A DNA stretch of 64,000 nt, taken from assembly GCF_009914755.1 (NCBI RefSeq), contig NC_060929.1. One strand, given 5' to 3'. The notes below the pieces were generated by a model that worked only from the letters and a program-made list of their open reading frames with translations, was not told the DNA's origin and did no database searches. The position numbers and the translations under genes are program-made. Shown piece after piece: positions 27,321 through 42,090 of the stretch (its first letter is position 1; the number at the start of each line of letters is the position of its first letter). This DNA is from the human T2T-CHM13v2.0 reference genome, Homo sapiens.

Positions 27321-29228
27321 TAGAATATATATTTTATCCAATAAATATTCAGGGTCTAGTAGATACCTTGCTGCTGGTAGGAACCCAATAAATATTGGTT
27401 GGGAGAATAGATTATTCTGACTGGGTACTGACCAATCAGAACAGAAGTTGCCCTTAACAACTAGTGTGGCCATAGTGGTGCATATTGACAAAGTGTCGGC
27501 CCTTTGGAAAGCCAAAGGAGGCTAACCACTGTGCCTGCACCAAGTAGGCAGATGGTCAGAGCTGAGGGTTCATTTACTTCATCCCTTTGTTTTTCTAGAT
27601 GTGTCCCAAGCCACACATTCAAATCAAGAAGTGGAAGTCAGCTTGTGGGTTCCTGGTGGATAGTGCTTTCCACCACATCAATTCTAAATGTGTGGATAGA
27701 AATGACATGAGGTTATAGTAGAAAGACAGTAATTTGGTTCTTGGTAACTAAATAGTTCTGTAATGAGGCAGGGGCAAGTTAACCCTTAAGGAGAATGATT
27801 AGAAGTGTTTAGCTTCATTTAGGAGACAAGAGTGAAGCTGAAACTCAAATGAGAAAGTAAGAAGTCAAGAAACTATAGATATCATGAAAGTCTATGAGTA
27901 AAATGCATCATTGAAAGTGATAGATAAGAGAATCATTAAAAGATTTCCTGGAGAAGGTTGCTTGGGGTTCAAGGTAGGAGAAACAGAAGGGAGCAGAAGA
28001 TTATAGTTGTAATTGACTCACCAACCCATATCTTCAATCATATTCTTTGGTTTCAACATTCTAATACCTCTATAGAATTCCAGTTCACTGATGCCTAAAG
28101 TAGCAGTGTCCTTGGCAATGATTTAAAAGACATCCTGTGAAGAAAAGCATGCTACTAGTTTAACTTTTTTTTCTTAGTTTTGAAAAATAGAATGAGGATT
28201 GACCACTCCTACTCAATTATGAACCAGGGTAGTGCTTCTAGAGAGTCAGTTTTATCCTCATTTATCATAGCAAAAAGTCAATAAATGATATATGACAGTT
28301 AATAAATCTGGAAATAATGCATAAGATTTTCTTTTAAAATTTAAAGATTATCAACATTACAACTGAAACGGGAACAATTAGCAGAATTAAAGCGTTTCTC
28401 TTTTGCCAGAACAAATAGGGGACAGAAAAAATGTTACAAATAGTTATTAATTGCTTTTCAAAATAAACCTTTCTGTACTAAGTTGTTTTTCGTTTGTTTG
28501 TTTTGAGCCCAGGTACACACTACTTTAATAAACTTTATAATATGAAAAGGAAGATAATTTTTCCAAATTGTTTTCTTTTGGTGAGGGGGAAGCGCAGGGA
28601 GGATTCTCTGTTAGGAGCCAGAAACGTGGATGAAACAGAGGGTTTCTTCAAAGGACGAGTCCGTAACCAATCTTTTAAAAATGAATGGCAGGGATTCAAT
28701 CTATCAAATTAAGATACATTTGGCTACTTTCCCAATGCCTTTTCTTTCCCTCTAGAGCTACTTAGTGAGTCATCCCTACAACAGGTATTTAGTAAACATG
28801 ATGAGGGAAAAATTCCTTAATGTTCCCCAAAGCCAAATTCAAATCTTTTTCAGTTACAAATTTAGGCTATTTTGCTCCTCTTTTAATTGGTATAAATAAT
28901 GGCTCAGCTAAATTTTGAGTGTTCTTAATAGTATGTTGAATAAGCACAGTGATATAATGCAAATCTAAAAATCCATTGGATCTTCCTAAGAAAAAAACTG
29001 CTACTGATATTTCTTCCTTTTTAAAAATCTACACTATTAGGCACCCTGAGTGTATCTGCCAGTTTGCCTGAGTTGTAAATCATATGAATTTGTGTACCTG
29101 TTACCTGTTGACCACCCAGGATACAATAATACTATTGATTATCCACACTTTCACATCTGGCCAATTATTACTGAAATGATCAGATCTGAAATCTGAGTTA
29201 TATGCCACTAAGTCATAAACCACAGAAA

Positions 29229-29267
29229 CAGCTGAGTGAAAGACCAAAACTACAGCTGAGTGAAAGG
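29229..29267. repeat. Short direct duplication, 24-bp period
   Basis: ACAGCTGAGTGAAAG occurs twice, separated by ACCAAAAC. Confidence 0.8.
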
Positions 29268-30399
29268 TTGGGTGGCTCTGCACAGGAAGATGGGATGCTG
29301 GATTTCTTTTGCTCCATCACTCCTGAGAACCTAGAGGAGAAACACCTCTATTGTGAATCCCTTAATTGCCTGTATCCCAAGAAGCCCAGCTGTGGTTTGA
29401 CATTCACTCTCTGTTAGTGGAAGGCAGTGTGACTCAGACAAAGGATAAAGCTGACAGCCTCACTCTGAAGCATATGAATATTTAAAGCACTGTTAGCATT
29501 GCATGTGACTGGTAAATAGTTATTTGTCATACTTACACTGAATGAATTTTGCATTTATTTTGCTTTTGTCTTTTGAACGTCCAAATAAACAAATGAGGCT
29601 TCTTTAAACCCACAAGCATGCCATTTCCATGAAAAAACTCTCTGTACCTTGTTTTAGTCAATTGCCACGGATTAATAATTTATACTCAAAAAGGATTGCC
29701 TGTGAATTCTTAATTTCTAATGACTTATTATAGTTTCCAGGTGCATGAACTGGATTTATAATTACCAAGTCTTCTATTTCCTAATTGTAGGGCCTTTTAC
29801 AGGTAACTTACCCTTATTGAATCTTTATTTCCTCAGCTCTAACATGAGGGCTTGAGTCAAATCAGAGTGCGTGTCTTATGTGACTAGCCCTTCATGACCA
29901 AGTCAGGACTGAACACCTTATAATAATTAGTTTTTCAATGTTAGACAGCAGGTGATTTTTCCCCATAATAATTCATGTTTTTTATTTTTTCAAAATGAAT
30001 GATAAAAGATCTAGTGATAGTGGGAGCAATGATCATTTGAAGGCAGGAAGTAGCTGCAGTGTTTAGGTGAGGCTTATGCTCTCTACCTTGCCACAGTCTT
30101 GCAGTTTCTATCACGTCCCTAACAATGAGAATGAATGGCAATTGCCATTTATACAGCGCTTGCTCTACTATGCTTTTCTAATCCTGGACTGCTTTGATTG
30201 TTTATATTTCTTGTCTGGTCTTTGGGAGCATGTGTTTGCAACCTCTGGACCCTAAATTCTAAAAAGTCTGTGATTCACTATTTTATTTTTAAAGAAATGT
30301 CAAGAATAATTTTGCTGTACAGCAAGATATTTTGTTAAGTCTTAAGCTGTTTTTTACATTCCTAAAATATATGTTTGGTGGCCACATATGAAGCAGGCT

Positions 30400-31040
<641 letters not shown>

Positions 31041-31337
31041 TACGGTAAAATATTCTTTACTTCAATAAATATTTATTTAGCAATTACCATATATAGCATT
31101 TATTCACTCAATGTAAAGGAAAGAAAACCATAGTGATAAATACTTTCAAAAATGCTAAATTGAGTAAGATGCAATTCCTACCTTCTAGGGGCTTACAGTT
31201 TAATGTAAAAGTCTGATACATGAATTTATCATTCCATTTACTCTAAAAGGCATTTAAAATATGTTCAGAATGTGCTTCTGAGAATCTTCAGGTTAAAATG
31301 TGTGTATTGGAGTATATTTGCTTAAGACAGTGGACAA

Positions 31338-31529
31338 GCCAGGTGTGGATGAGTGCCCCTGAGTCCCAGATCTCATTAGCACCCAAAGAGAGTTTGAGAT
31401 GGGACGCTGAGGCAGGAGGATCACTTGAGTGCAGGGGTTCCAGGCTGTAGTGCACCAGGATCTCACCTGTGAATAGCCACTGCACTCCAGCCTGAGTAAC
31501 ATAAAGAGAGCTCATCTCTAAGAAGAAAA
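31338..31529 (+). mobile_element. FAM (fossil Alu monomer) with ~30-bp internal insertion
   Basis: GGCTGTAGTGCACCAGGATCTCACCTGTGAATAGCCACTGCACTCCAGCCTG is FAM-specific; TSD AAGACAGTGGA (31324-31334, 31530-31540). Confidence 0.88.
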
Positions 31530-33893
31530 AAGACAGTGGATTAAAATTTGGGCAAATTATTTAAAATATGACTCCTGTGGACGATGGCTGCCACTCTCCA
31601 CTTAACTTTGCTAGCATAAGTATGACATAAAATTAACAACTTAACTGCCAGGTACAGAACAGGTGATCAATATGTGCTTTTTTTTTTTTAAATCTTTGAT
31701 TATCTTCTCTTTTATGGGATGGGGTGATTATTAATGGAGAAAGGATAGTACAGATACAGCATCAGATCTGTAAATGCGTTAACATCACACTGAGTTTCTT
31801 GTGGTGAATTGTCTATAGAAAAGGTATTAAATCACATATCAAAAATAAGACATGTATTATTATCTTACTGAAGCTCATCATTGCCTAATACACATTTTAT
31901 CCTGTCCCTATCCCACATCTCTCAGGGAAAAAAAAAATGATTTCACATTCCAAATGCTAACACAAATTTCTACAAATCAGATTTCAATCAATGAATTTAT
32001 TTGCAACAACCAAAAGATGCAAACACATGAAACACATGGGATTATTGATATAAAGTGTCTGTTTAATGTGAGTGATACCATAACTCTCAGTGGGCACTAA
32101 TGAGATCTGTGATTACTACAGAGGCAGCATGTGGCCTTTAATTAGGGAGAAAAAGTGATTTTCACTGTTTCATTATGACATTTTTAGCAGGAAGAAAAAT
32201 AGAGCACTGTTGACATTGTGCTTAAAATTATCCACTGACATTTGTCCTGTAAACTCTCTCTAAAACAAATTCCTATATATTCTATGTTACCCTCAATATG
32301 TGTATATGTGTAAATAGTGATATTTACACATACACATATGAGACACTATTCCCTTATTTGTTGAAAACAAAGTTGTAGCATATGCTGTTTTTTGTTTCTC
32401 AGAAAGAAAAATGTGACCATGTTTATTTCTTTAAATTCATATTTTGCGAATTAGACATTCCAATTTAAATTATCTGGTCAAATCAACTTTCAACATGCAT
32501 TCTTGCTAGCCTATTTTTGACATCCAAGGTGCTGCTCATTTTTTATCTGATTCTTGAAATTAAAAAAGAAAAATGTTCAATTTGGCATATTTTTCTCTTT
32601 TTTATTGCTGATCAGCAGGATATTTAGACTTGATAACGAAATGGGCTTTATCTCCATTTTACAGGGAAAAACAAGACTTAGGATATTAAAAGTATTGCCT
32701 AGTACCTCCTGGTGACTTAGCACTTGGGATGAATAAAAAGAAGAAGCATGAATATAAATGTGTTGATTATGACAGTGAAGGAATCAGAAGTTTCCATTTC
32801 ATTACATCAGATATTGTATATGTGGATACAGTAGATGGGTACATATTATAGATCCACATCTTGTATTTGCAGCTGGTAGAATGCTGTATGTAAATAAGGC
32901 CATGCATATGCAGTGCATTCCAAATCATCTCGGAGCTAACTGCCTGGTTTGTGAATTTCTTCAAGTTCAGATTTTTCCTCTAGTCATTTCATCAGGTATA
33001 GGACTCCATCAAGCAATTACTTCATTTGCAAATATCTCTTTATTTAAAATGTCCCATTCATCTTTATTGGACCTACATTGTGAAATAATGTATTGTGAAA
33101 TAATGTTTGTTCCCAAACTACCTTCTGAATATTTTTGCTTTTGTTAGGCCTCAGTGTCAAATCTATTAATGTGATGAATATGAGTGCATTGTAGGTAGCA
33201 GTGTTTTAAGCTAAATTTTAAGGATACAGTAAACTTCTGTGGAGAGTTTTGCATGCTGAGTCATTTTCCTCAAACCCCAAAAGGATTTTGATTGTCAGTT
33301 TCTTGCCTGATTTATTTCCTAACATGTTACAGAATCAGATTTTAAAAACTGTTATAAAGTTGTATAGGAATGAGGCAGCAACAACTGGAAGGCAGCATTC
33401 ATAAACTGTGTGTAAGTGAACAGATGCGCCAGCAGCTTGCAATAGGTAAAGTGTCATTTGGGTCAGGGTGGGTTAATTTTTTAAGTGAAAGTGCACTCAG
33501 ATTCTCTGTTCCATAAGAGATTTGCTTCTGATTGTAATGTCATAATCTGTTTATTGTACAACTCTACACTTTAATTAAGTGAATTAAATTGAATTGCTGG
33601 GTTATCATATGAGACCGTGTGCTATATCTGGTGGGGTAAAAACTAACATACAGCACTTACTCTTGTGAAGTTCGTAGTCTGGTGGGGCTTCTTGTCAGAC
33701 AGGTAAACCAATAAATACACAAACAATAGAAATCTGTAAAAAGTGCTAATTGAGCACTGAGTGTGGAACCTTCAGATAGCCAAGACCTATTTTTTTTTTA
33801 AGTCAACTGAGCCAAGCTTTTAGTCTGTGAAGCTACTAAAAGCTTCAGAGAAGCTTCAGAGAAAGGGTAGATTAACACATGAATTATGATAAC

Positions 33894-34255
33894 TGTCTCG
33901 GTTCAGGTCCCAAGAAGCAAAGGAAAGGATTCTTGTATAGGCGATTTATTGAGAGTGCCCTGGGAGGAAACTGTCAGGGAAGCAGCCTAGGACAGGGGAA
34001 GAAGCCAAGTAAAAATGGGGTCTCAGCTTCGTCCTCCAGGTAGTTCTAGAGTGTGATTAGGACCACAGAATTTTTACCCTTCAGAGTGAGGCAGGCTTCT
34101 GTATTCCATATCAGTTCAAACTGGCTCAGGAGGCAGCATTTCTTGGGTGAGCTTTCTCCCATCCCTTAAGACATTATTTTTGGAGAGGTGCAGCTGTGAG
34201 CTTTTTGCAGCTCACTCTCCTAGCAACGGGGGTGGATGAGTGCATTGGCCTAGTA
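33894..34255 (-). mobile_element. Old ERVL LTR (LTR16-like)
   Basis: TGTCTCGGTTCAGGTCCCAAGAAGCA...AAGGATTCTTGTATAGGCGATTTATTGAG...GGTGCAGCTGTGAGC; family tentative. Confidence 0.45.
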
Positions 34256-34269
34256 CAACGATGACTAGT

Positions 34270-34505
34270 GTTTATTGCATGCTTACTATGCACCCAGCAC
34301 TCTTATAAGCATTTTACTTAAATAAGATGATTTAATTCTGTGAGCTAAATCATAACATTGCTCCATGTGAAACTGATGAAAACAGAAGCCCAGACAAATT
34401 AGTTGAACTAATCAAGGTCACACAGGAGGGAAGTGGCAGAGGCAAGATTTGGACCTGCTTTCTCTGATTTTGAAGACTATTCTGTGCTGGCTCTCTACTA
34501 CATGG
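34270..34505 (-). mobile_element. MIR
   Basis: TTTATTGCATGCTTACTATGCACCCAGCACT...CTGATGAAAACAGAAGCCCAGA...CAAGGTCACACAG...AAGTGGCAGAGGCAAGATTTGGACC. Confidence 0.8.
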
Positions 34506-34789
34506 CTGTAGCAAGCAATATTGCTTAAAGTGGACATATAGCACCAGAACTTGGTCATAATTTGTTTCTCATTTGTTTCCATAGAAACGAATGTCTAAGT
34601 TGTGATGAATTTGCCAGTTAGCATACAGGAACCAAAATTTAACTGTGGCTTCCCGGAAAACATCCTCCCATTTCCCAACAGAGGTAGCAGCTCCTAGATT
34701 TCTACTCCTTTTCCACTTTCTGGGAAAGACCACACTCTTCACATCTCCTGATGCCCAGTTCTCTCTCCAGGCCAACTGTGCTTCCTCAT

Positions 34790-35270
34790 GCTTTCTGTAG
34801 TCCAGCCACATAGTCAATTTGTGAATACATCATGCTCCCCCCGCCCCACCCTGCCACAGGACCTTTGCACATGCTATTCCTTCTGGCTGGAGTGTAATTC
34901 CTGCTGGCATCCTCTGTTCCACCACTGTGTGCTTAGTTATCTTTTTATGAACCTCCAGGTCTGATTGATCAGGCTTTACTTATTCTACTTCCTGCCCCCT
35001 TGTCTAGGCCAGGGTTTTGTTTTGTTTTGTTTTGTTTTTTGTTTTGGTCACTTAATTAGATCCTTTTCCTTCAGAGATCCTCTCTCATTTCACGTTTATA
35101 CAAACCTTGGTGGGATTACTTAATTAATGTGTGTTGTTTTTCCTGGACTGCAAATTCCTTGAGGACAGGGACTGTGTTTGTTTTACTCACTACTATACCT
35201 AACATAGTGCCTACCATATTATGGATTTGCAATAGATATTTGCAATAGATAGATAAATGGATGAATGATG
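34790..35270 (+). mobile_element. L2 3' portion containing a (GTTTT)n tract
   Basis: CAGGACCTTTGCACATGCTATTCCTTCTGGCTGGA...GACTGCAAATTCCTTGAGGACAGGGACTGTG...ACATAGTGCCT...GGATGAATGA. Confidence 0.8.
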
Positions 35271-36699
35271 GAAAGAATTGTTTAGTCCACTCCTAGGTTT
35301 CTCACTTCAGCCCCCTGACAGGCTTGCCTCTCCTCCGCTGCTTCTTGTGCCCTGCAGTTGGGTTCTTCAAGGGCCTGTGCCCATCCAGTAGGCATGTCTT
35401 GCTCCAGGTCTGGAATCTCTTGGTCTGACCCATCTGTGTCAACTGAGGGCTGAGATGCTCTGGAGATTCCTACCCCTCACCTTTTTTCAATGGTACCATT
35501 AAATTTTTAATTAGACACATTTGGGGAATAAAGACCCAGTGCGGGCCATCAGCATAATCTCTTACGGAAAGAGTCTTGTGTGAATACACTTGGGGGTTCA
35601 CAGGACTCTTTAATTTTTCACAAGGTCCCTCTTTGACAATAGTCAGACCCCCTACAACACATCCATTTAGGAGTAAGAATATTTACAATGGTGTTTTAGT
35701 AAAACTCCTTAAAATAAAGAAGACAGGTGTTTTAAGGCCTTTAAATAATGCATTGCAATTACCTCTGAATAATTTGTTCTGTTAGTATGTACTTTTATTA
35801 GCAAAAAGCTTAAAATAATTCCAGACAGAATTTGTAATAAGCAACTTTCACTAGGAGTCAAAGAAAAAGAACGAATAATAACCAATAATATCTGCAGTAA
35901 TATCTGCACCTGGGTTTATCTATTATATTCTGAAATTGATTTTTCTGTTGGGACAGAAGCTTCAAAGTAGAAAAGTTGAGATGGATAATAGCTTCAATCT
36001 ACATTTTCTACGTTATTTTGCTAGCATAAGGAAGGCATACCTTATTGATTTGAAATACTATTTAGGGAGGTTTTATCATAAAATGGATTTGGCTGTATAC
36101 ATTAGCTTATTCATTAATATTTAATAATTATTTACATCAAATTAATTTATCTTATTGCCTATTAATTAAGCAATGAATACTCTTCTTGGATTGTATCCAG
36201 ATTTTACAAAAGGCAACCTATTCTTAAAGTTTTTTGCAGTGTTCATTATTCTGAGAACAACCTTGTAAGGTTTGGACTTAATAGCCTGGTAGGTCATTTA
36301 CATCTCTGCCCTGAGCAACTTAACTAAATTTTGAATTGGGGCCAGCTTTAGTAGGGAACACTCCAACTGCTAAAGTGCAGTGAATCACTGAATATAATTG
36401 TGGGATAAAAATATGAAGCTCAGACTGTCAAATTGCAATTGGGGACCTATGTATAATGTAATGTCCTGTTTTGGAATTTAAATATTTCAAGATGGAATGT
36501 ATCACATTTGATATTTATCCTATCTGGTAATTTTTCCCTAAGCTCAACAAGATGCTGCAAAATTTCAGCGCTTTTATATTTCAATAGATTAGTATTATAT
36601 CTACAGTCTTCATATATAGGTGGAGAGAAAATAAATATCTAAATTTGGAACCCTAGAATAGACGTCTGTCATGGGGCAGCACACATTTCATGGAGTGAC

Positions 36700-37068
36700 T
36701 GCTATGGTCCAAGTGTTTGTGTTCCTTCTCAAATTTATATATTGAAATCCTAGCCTCTAGGGTGATGGTATTAAGAAGTGAGGCTTTTTGGGAGGTGATT
36801 AGTTCATGAGGATGGAGCCTTCAGGAATGAGATTGGTGCCCTTATGAGAGAGGCCCAAGGGAGCTCATTTGCCCCTTCTACCATGTGAGGACACAGCTAG
36901 CGGGTGCCATCTGTGAACCAGTGAGCAGTTCTTCACTAGACAGCAAATCTGCCAGCATCTTGATCTTGGACTTCTCAGTCTCAGGAGCTGGGAAAAATAC
37001 ATTTCTTTAGTTTATAAGCCACCTAGTTTATGGTATGTTTGTTATAGCATCCTGAATTAACTAAGACA
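36700..37068 (+). mobile_element. MaLR solo LTR (MLT1A0-like)
   Basis: TGCTATGGTCC...GTGATGGTATTAAGAAGTGAGGCTTTTTGGGAGGTGATTAG...CTTGATCTTGGACTTC...ACTAAGACA; TSD GTGAC/GTAAC. Confidence 0.92.
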
Positions 37069-37424
37069 GTAACCCAGAACCAGAACCCAAGAATTCACTT
37101 CATGACAAGCAAGGTAATTATGTAATTTGTTGATCAAATTAAAATAATTTTGAGAGCAAAGGGTGTTCTTAAAGATCATACTGAGATGAAAACCTGGGAC
37201 TATTTCAGGCAAATGTGGATAGTCACACTAGGAGTAAATAAATTTAAATCCTCAGCCACTTCTGATTCTATGGCTGTGATACAACATCTATTGAAGACTA
37301 TAACGTTTTATTTTAGTTCTTGTTCAGGTAATTTTTAAAAAGTATTTTCTTAATACTAAGTCTTTGGAAATATTATTTATAAACACAGACTACATAAACC
37401 CATACACATAGACATATTTATTTC

Positions 37425-37830
37425 TTCATTCAGCCTTTCATTCATTCAAGAAATATTAATTGAGCACCTTTTATATTCTAGATGGTGTACTAGATTTTGG
37501 GGTGGTGATAAGAAAACAAGAGCTGGTATTATTGTCTTTATGATTTATGTTGTCTACTGTATGCAGTGGACATTAAGCACAGTTACACAAAACACTGTCA
37601 GAACTGTGTTGTGTTACCAAAGAGGTGCATGTGGGCCTAAGGATAATATAAAACAAAAATTTGACTCTGTCGAATAATTCAGAGGAGCATTTCTCAGCAG
37701 GTGATAATTGTGCTGAGATGTAAAGGATGAGAAGAGATAAGTAGTCATGATGAGAATGTAGAACAGAGAGAGCAATTTGCTTAGTACCAGACTGATGCCA
37801 GCTCCCTTCCAATCCAGATACACCCAAGGA
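37425..37830 (-). mobile_element. L2 fragment
   Basis: TTCATTCATTCAAGAAATATTAATTGAGCACCT...TCAGAGGAGCATTTCTCAGCAGGTGATAATTGTGCTGAGATGTAAAGGATGA. Confidence 0.7.
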
Positions 37831-38535
37831 ATATTCGCGGGCAGATCTTGGTAACAGATTGGGTTTACATTTTCTTTTTTGTGGTTAACTTTTGATTTCC
37901 GAATGTGGTAGGTGGGCTAATAGCATTTGACTGTATGTTGGAGAAGGAAGAGAAGGCTGGAAAGGCTTAAAGAAGAAATTTGTGATGGAGAAAGAGAAGT
38001 AGAACAACTCTCGTAGGGCGGAGAACTGCAGGGTTCAAGCAGACATGCTCAAGAGATGATGTGTGGAAAATGTATGATGTGTGGGGATGACTATTTCTCC
38101 ATAAACCTGGCTGTAAGTGACATGGCTTTTGAAGATGGATTTGCATTTGAGGGAGGCTGAGACTGGCCAGGTGGAGAACAGTGGTGGCCTGAGAAGGCCC
38201 TATTTCCTTTTAGCTTGCCACATATGTTCAAGGGAATTTTTTAGTTTTTGTCATGTGTTGTATTCATATAGCTTTTGTAATTCTTACAGTAATTTATCTG
38301 CAGTTTCCAGGAAATAAGCTACAGTAATGAAATGTGAGCTAGTTATCTACCTCATTAGGATTATCTATATAAACTTCCTAGCTTAACCACTTGTACTTTG
38401 TGTAATGGATTACATTTTCCCTCCCCAGTAAGAGTTCCAATTTTAGGGAAGTTTAAGTTAAAGGGAGCTACCATTTGACCTGCTCATCTGAAAACAAATA
38501 TTTTTGATGTTGTGGTTGTGTTATTAGGCAGATAA

Positions 38536-38568
38536 TGTGTGCTTGTGTGTATGTGTGTGTGTGTGTGT
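38536..38568. repeat. Imperfect (TG)n
   Basis: TGTGTGCTTGTGTGTATGTGTGTGTGTGTGT. Confidence 0.85.
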
Positions 38569-40724
38569 CTATGCATGAACACAATACGTGCATGCATGTG
38601 CAGGAAACTGAGAGCCTAGTTTGACACCAAGTTTTTAAAAATATACATGGGTACGGTAAGATTGACACATGTAAATGAATTTTTAAATAACATGAATGTT
38701 ATTCAATGAATGTTACCCAAATGTTGATTTGTCCAGAAGTTAAAAGGGTATATACTAGAGAAAATTAAATGTAAAATAATGACTCACCGGGGGGTGGGGA
38801 TTTTTATTAGATATATATGCTTATAATTGAATATAAAATCAAGAAAGATACCAACTTATATTTAGGCCCCTGCATTTTTTAAGCCATAGCTATATTTTTG
38901 CTCAATTGATCCATGTCCAAAGTTTTATGTATTTTCTCTGTCTCAGCGGTTCCCATGACTTCAAAATGCCCTATATACAGTTGAGCCCAGTGTGGAATGA
39001 TAGTACAGAAAAGAAAATTAGTGACTTCTATCAGAATAAGCCTTGAACGATAGCTCTGAAGCAGAAAGTGTGAGCCCACATCTGAAAGGGAAAAACAAAT
39101 GGCTATGAATAATGCAGCTATGTAGAAGCAGAGTGGGAAGGCAAAAAAGTTTTCAGGCTTATTTCTGGTTCAATTCAATGACTATCTTTTTATATATCTG
39201 CAGTGAATACAGGATTTTCTCATTGGCTAGACTAAAATGCCACAAAATACTAAATTTCATGTTTTCTTCTTTACATGGAGTTTTCATTGCATTCTTCTTT
39301 TCCCTAGGATAATAAAACTCTTTATTTCCTAATTGCTCAATGGGGGATCCACATGGCTAGGATAATAATGAGCTGGCATAAAGCCTCGATTTCTGGAAGG
39401 CTCTGTGGATTCAGGGAAGTCACAAGGTTTACTAAAGTGAATTCCTTTTTGCTTGCAATTGATCCCCCAGGTAATGTAGACTAAAGAAGAAAGATACAAC
39501 TTCAGGCATTAATGAAAAGGCCCCATGATCTGGAAAGGAACTTTGTTCAAGTGAGGGCATGTCAGCCACAGAGCTTTAAAAAAATGAATCACAAGATCTG
39601 TATGTTTTAGTGAAGTTCCCTGAAATGTCTTGACATGAGCTGGTTGTATCACAGAAAATCACCTTCCATTGACTTTAAGCCAAATCATTTACATTAGAGA
39701 TTCAGCTGGAAGCCTGCCTAAATGTTTGAGGGATTATTTTTATAAACTCAGAGTAGATAGTGTGAATACTAATTGTCTTCTTAATGAGAGGATAAGCTGC
39801 TCAAAAATGACGGTCTCTGTTGATATCCAAAGATGAGCACTCAACATGGCATGGGACTGGTGGCTCCAGTCTTCATAAGGCTGAGCAGGCATTTTAAGAA
39901 CTGCTATTCACTAAGGTGTGGATGTGGTCTCCCTTCTGATTCCTTTCCAAGATATGGATCATGCAGTATTTTTAAGGCCATAGCTGCAATGTTTGTCCTC
40001 AGTCTTTCATTAGCATTATGATTTTTAAAGCTCTGAGAGCCATCAGTAGAAAAGCACTAGCCCCACTGAAGTCATTATGTGCAGAGGAGTTAAAAGATCA
40101 ATACTGATTACTGAGTTGGTTCTCTGTTGTGCATTTTAAGGATGATCGTGATACTGAAATACTAAGTAGTAGCTTAGAAAGATATAATACTGCATTTGCT
40201 GGTGTTATTTTAACATCCAAAAGGCAATTGGTGATCCCTTAGAGTTTTAACGTTAATGAATTTTTAAAGTTTAGAAAAGTAAAACATAACTTGTAGGCAA
40301 AAAATAGGCTTACATGGCATTACACATAATACTTCCTCTAAAGTACCTTTCAGTAACATAATAGTGTTTTTAAACCATAATTCCATTTTACTAGATTATT
40401 AGATATTAGATTTTTTTAAATTACTGTGTTCCCAGAACATCTTTTTTATCCATTTTGAATGAGTGTTCTGAATGTTGTAATAGCAGAAGCTTGGACTTAG
40501 AACAAGAGAGAGAGGGAATAGTTCTTCCCTCACACACCCTGATTCTGGCCTCTCAATATCCCTTGACTTTGTTAGAACACTTATCACAATAAGAATGATA
40601 AAGAAGATAATGAGAATATTTAGTTAGATGAAGAGAAGACTTAGGAAGAACGTGAAGACTGTCTTCAAATATTTTCATGTTCCATGGATTTCTTGAATAG
40701 ATGGATGGAGGGATAAGTGAAAAA

Positions 40725-40759
40725 ATGAATGAATGAATGAATGGATGAATGAATGAATG
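40725..40759. repeat. (GAAT)n tetranucleotide repeat
   Basis: AATGAATGAATGAATGAATGGATGAATGAATGAATG; typical of an L2 tail. Confidence 0.85.
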
Positions 40760-42090
40760 CAGCTCTTAGTGGAAGGCATAGGGCAGCAGCAGGCAGTGGT
40801 TGAAATGCTCTCTACCTTTAGGGGATGGACACAAATGAAAAGACAATGACTATGTAGGGTGGCAAGTAAAAGAGCGAAGAAACTATTTCTGAGTAGCTTC
40901 ATATGGCAGAACTAAAATGAGTGTCAATTTTTACTTTAAGTAAATTTTATGTCAAATGATTTCATAGGTCTATTACAAAAATATTATTCAATTTAACATG
41001 TTTGTTGAAGACCTACTATTTGCAGTCGCCCCAGATAGATATGAAATATGTGCATGGGTGGAGGGACAAGTAGCATAAGGATGATGAGAACACCGTTAGG
41101 AACATGCGCTTTGGTAGCCAGTGAGCTTCCACACCTGCAAATGCATTTAGAAGTGCCCCCAGTATGGCGTAGTGCAGGTGTTAGGTCAGTGTGTTCAATT
41201 CATTCAACTAGAATAAATTAAACATTTTTTTCCTAAATAGTTTTGATAACTCTCTGATTTATGTGCATATTCTCACTATATGTTTAACTTTTAGTAAGGG
41301 TAAATGGTTTTATGAGATATACACTGGTGTTTACTTCCAACCAAAGAAAAAAGAAACAAACCCCTCTTCTTTATTCATGTATAGGTTTATTAGTAAACTT
41401 TTCACTTATTTTAATGTCTTTTATAGAGAAGTTGAAGATGGCATTGAGGGAAAGCCAGCTCCCAGCAGGATCTGAGGTGTTTGCTGAGGAATGGCCATCC
41501 TCAAAGTAATGACCTAGCACTAAGCAGTCTGCTATTGGCAAGGTGATTCTAGAGTTATCTTTAGGAATTAGACTTAGCATTGGCTATTTTTATATTTTGG
41601 GATATGGGGTTAATTTATATAGAGGTTAAATTACTTCATGACGATTAACAATTTCATGTTATAGAAAGTGTGAAGCTTGCGTTTCTTAAAATAGAAAGCT
41701 AGAAACCTCATGGAGGCTCTTTAGAAGAGTTGTGAGTTCTGAAGGGATCAAAGAGAATGGAATTATTGCAATTAAAAAACTAATAGAGAGTGTCACTGTT
41801 TTTCTTACCTCCAAACATTACTACTTTTCCTCCTCTATTAAACAGACACCTATTATCTGCTCTGTATTAGGGAATTAAGCTAGGTTCCTGGAAGATAACA
41901 TTTTTGTGTGTTCTCTTTAAACAATAGTTTTATTATTACTGTTTTATATGTTTAGTGTAGAAAACTGGAAAATATAGAAAAGCATAAAGAAAATAAAAAA
42001 GCACCAGTATTGCCACCCTACTCTCATCTATTATTATTGCATTATTATGTAATTTCCTAGCCCAGATTTTCTTAATGGGCCTTCTCTCTT

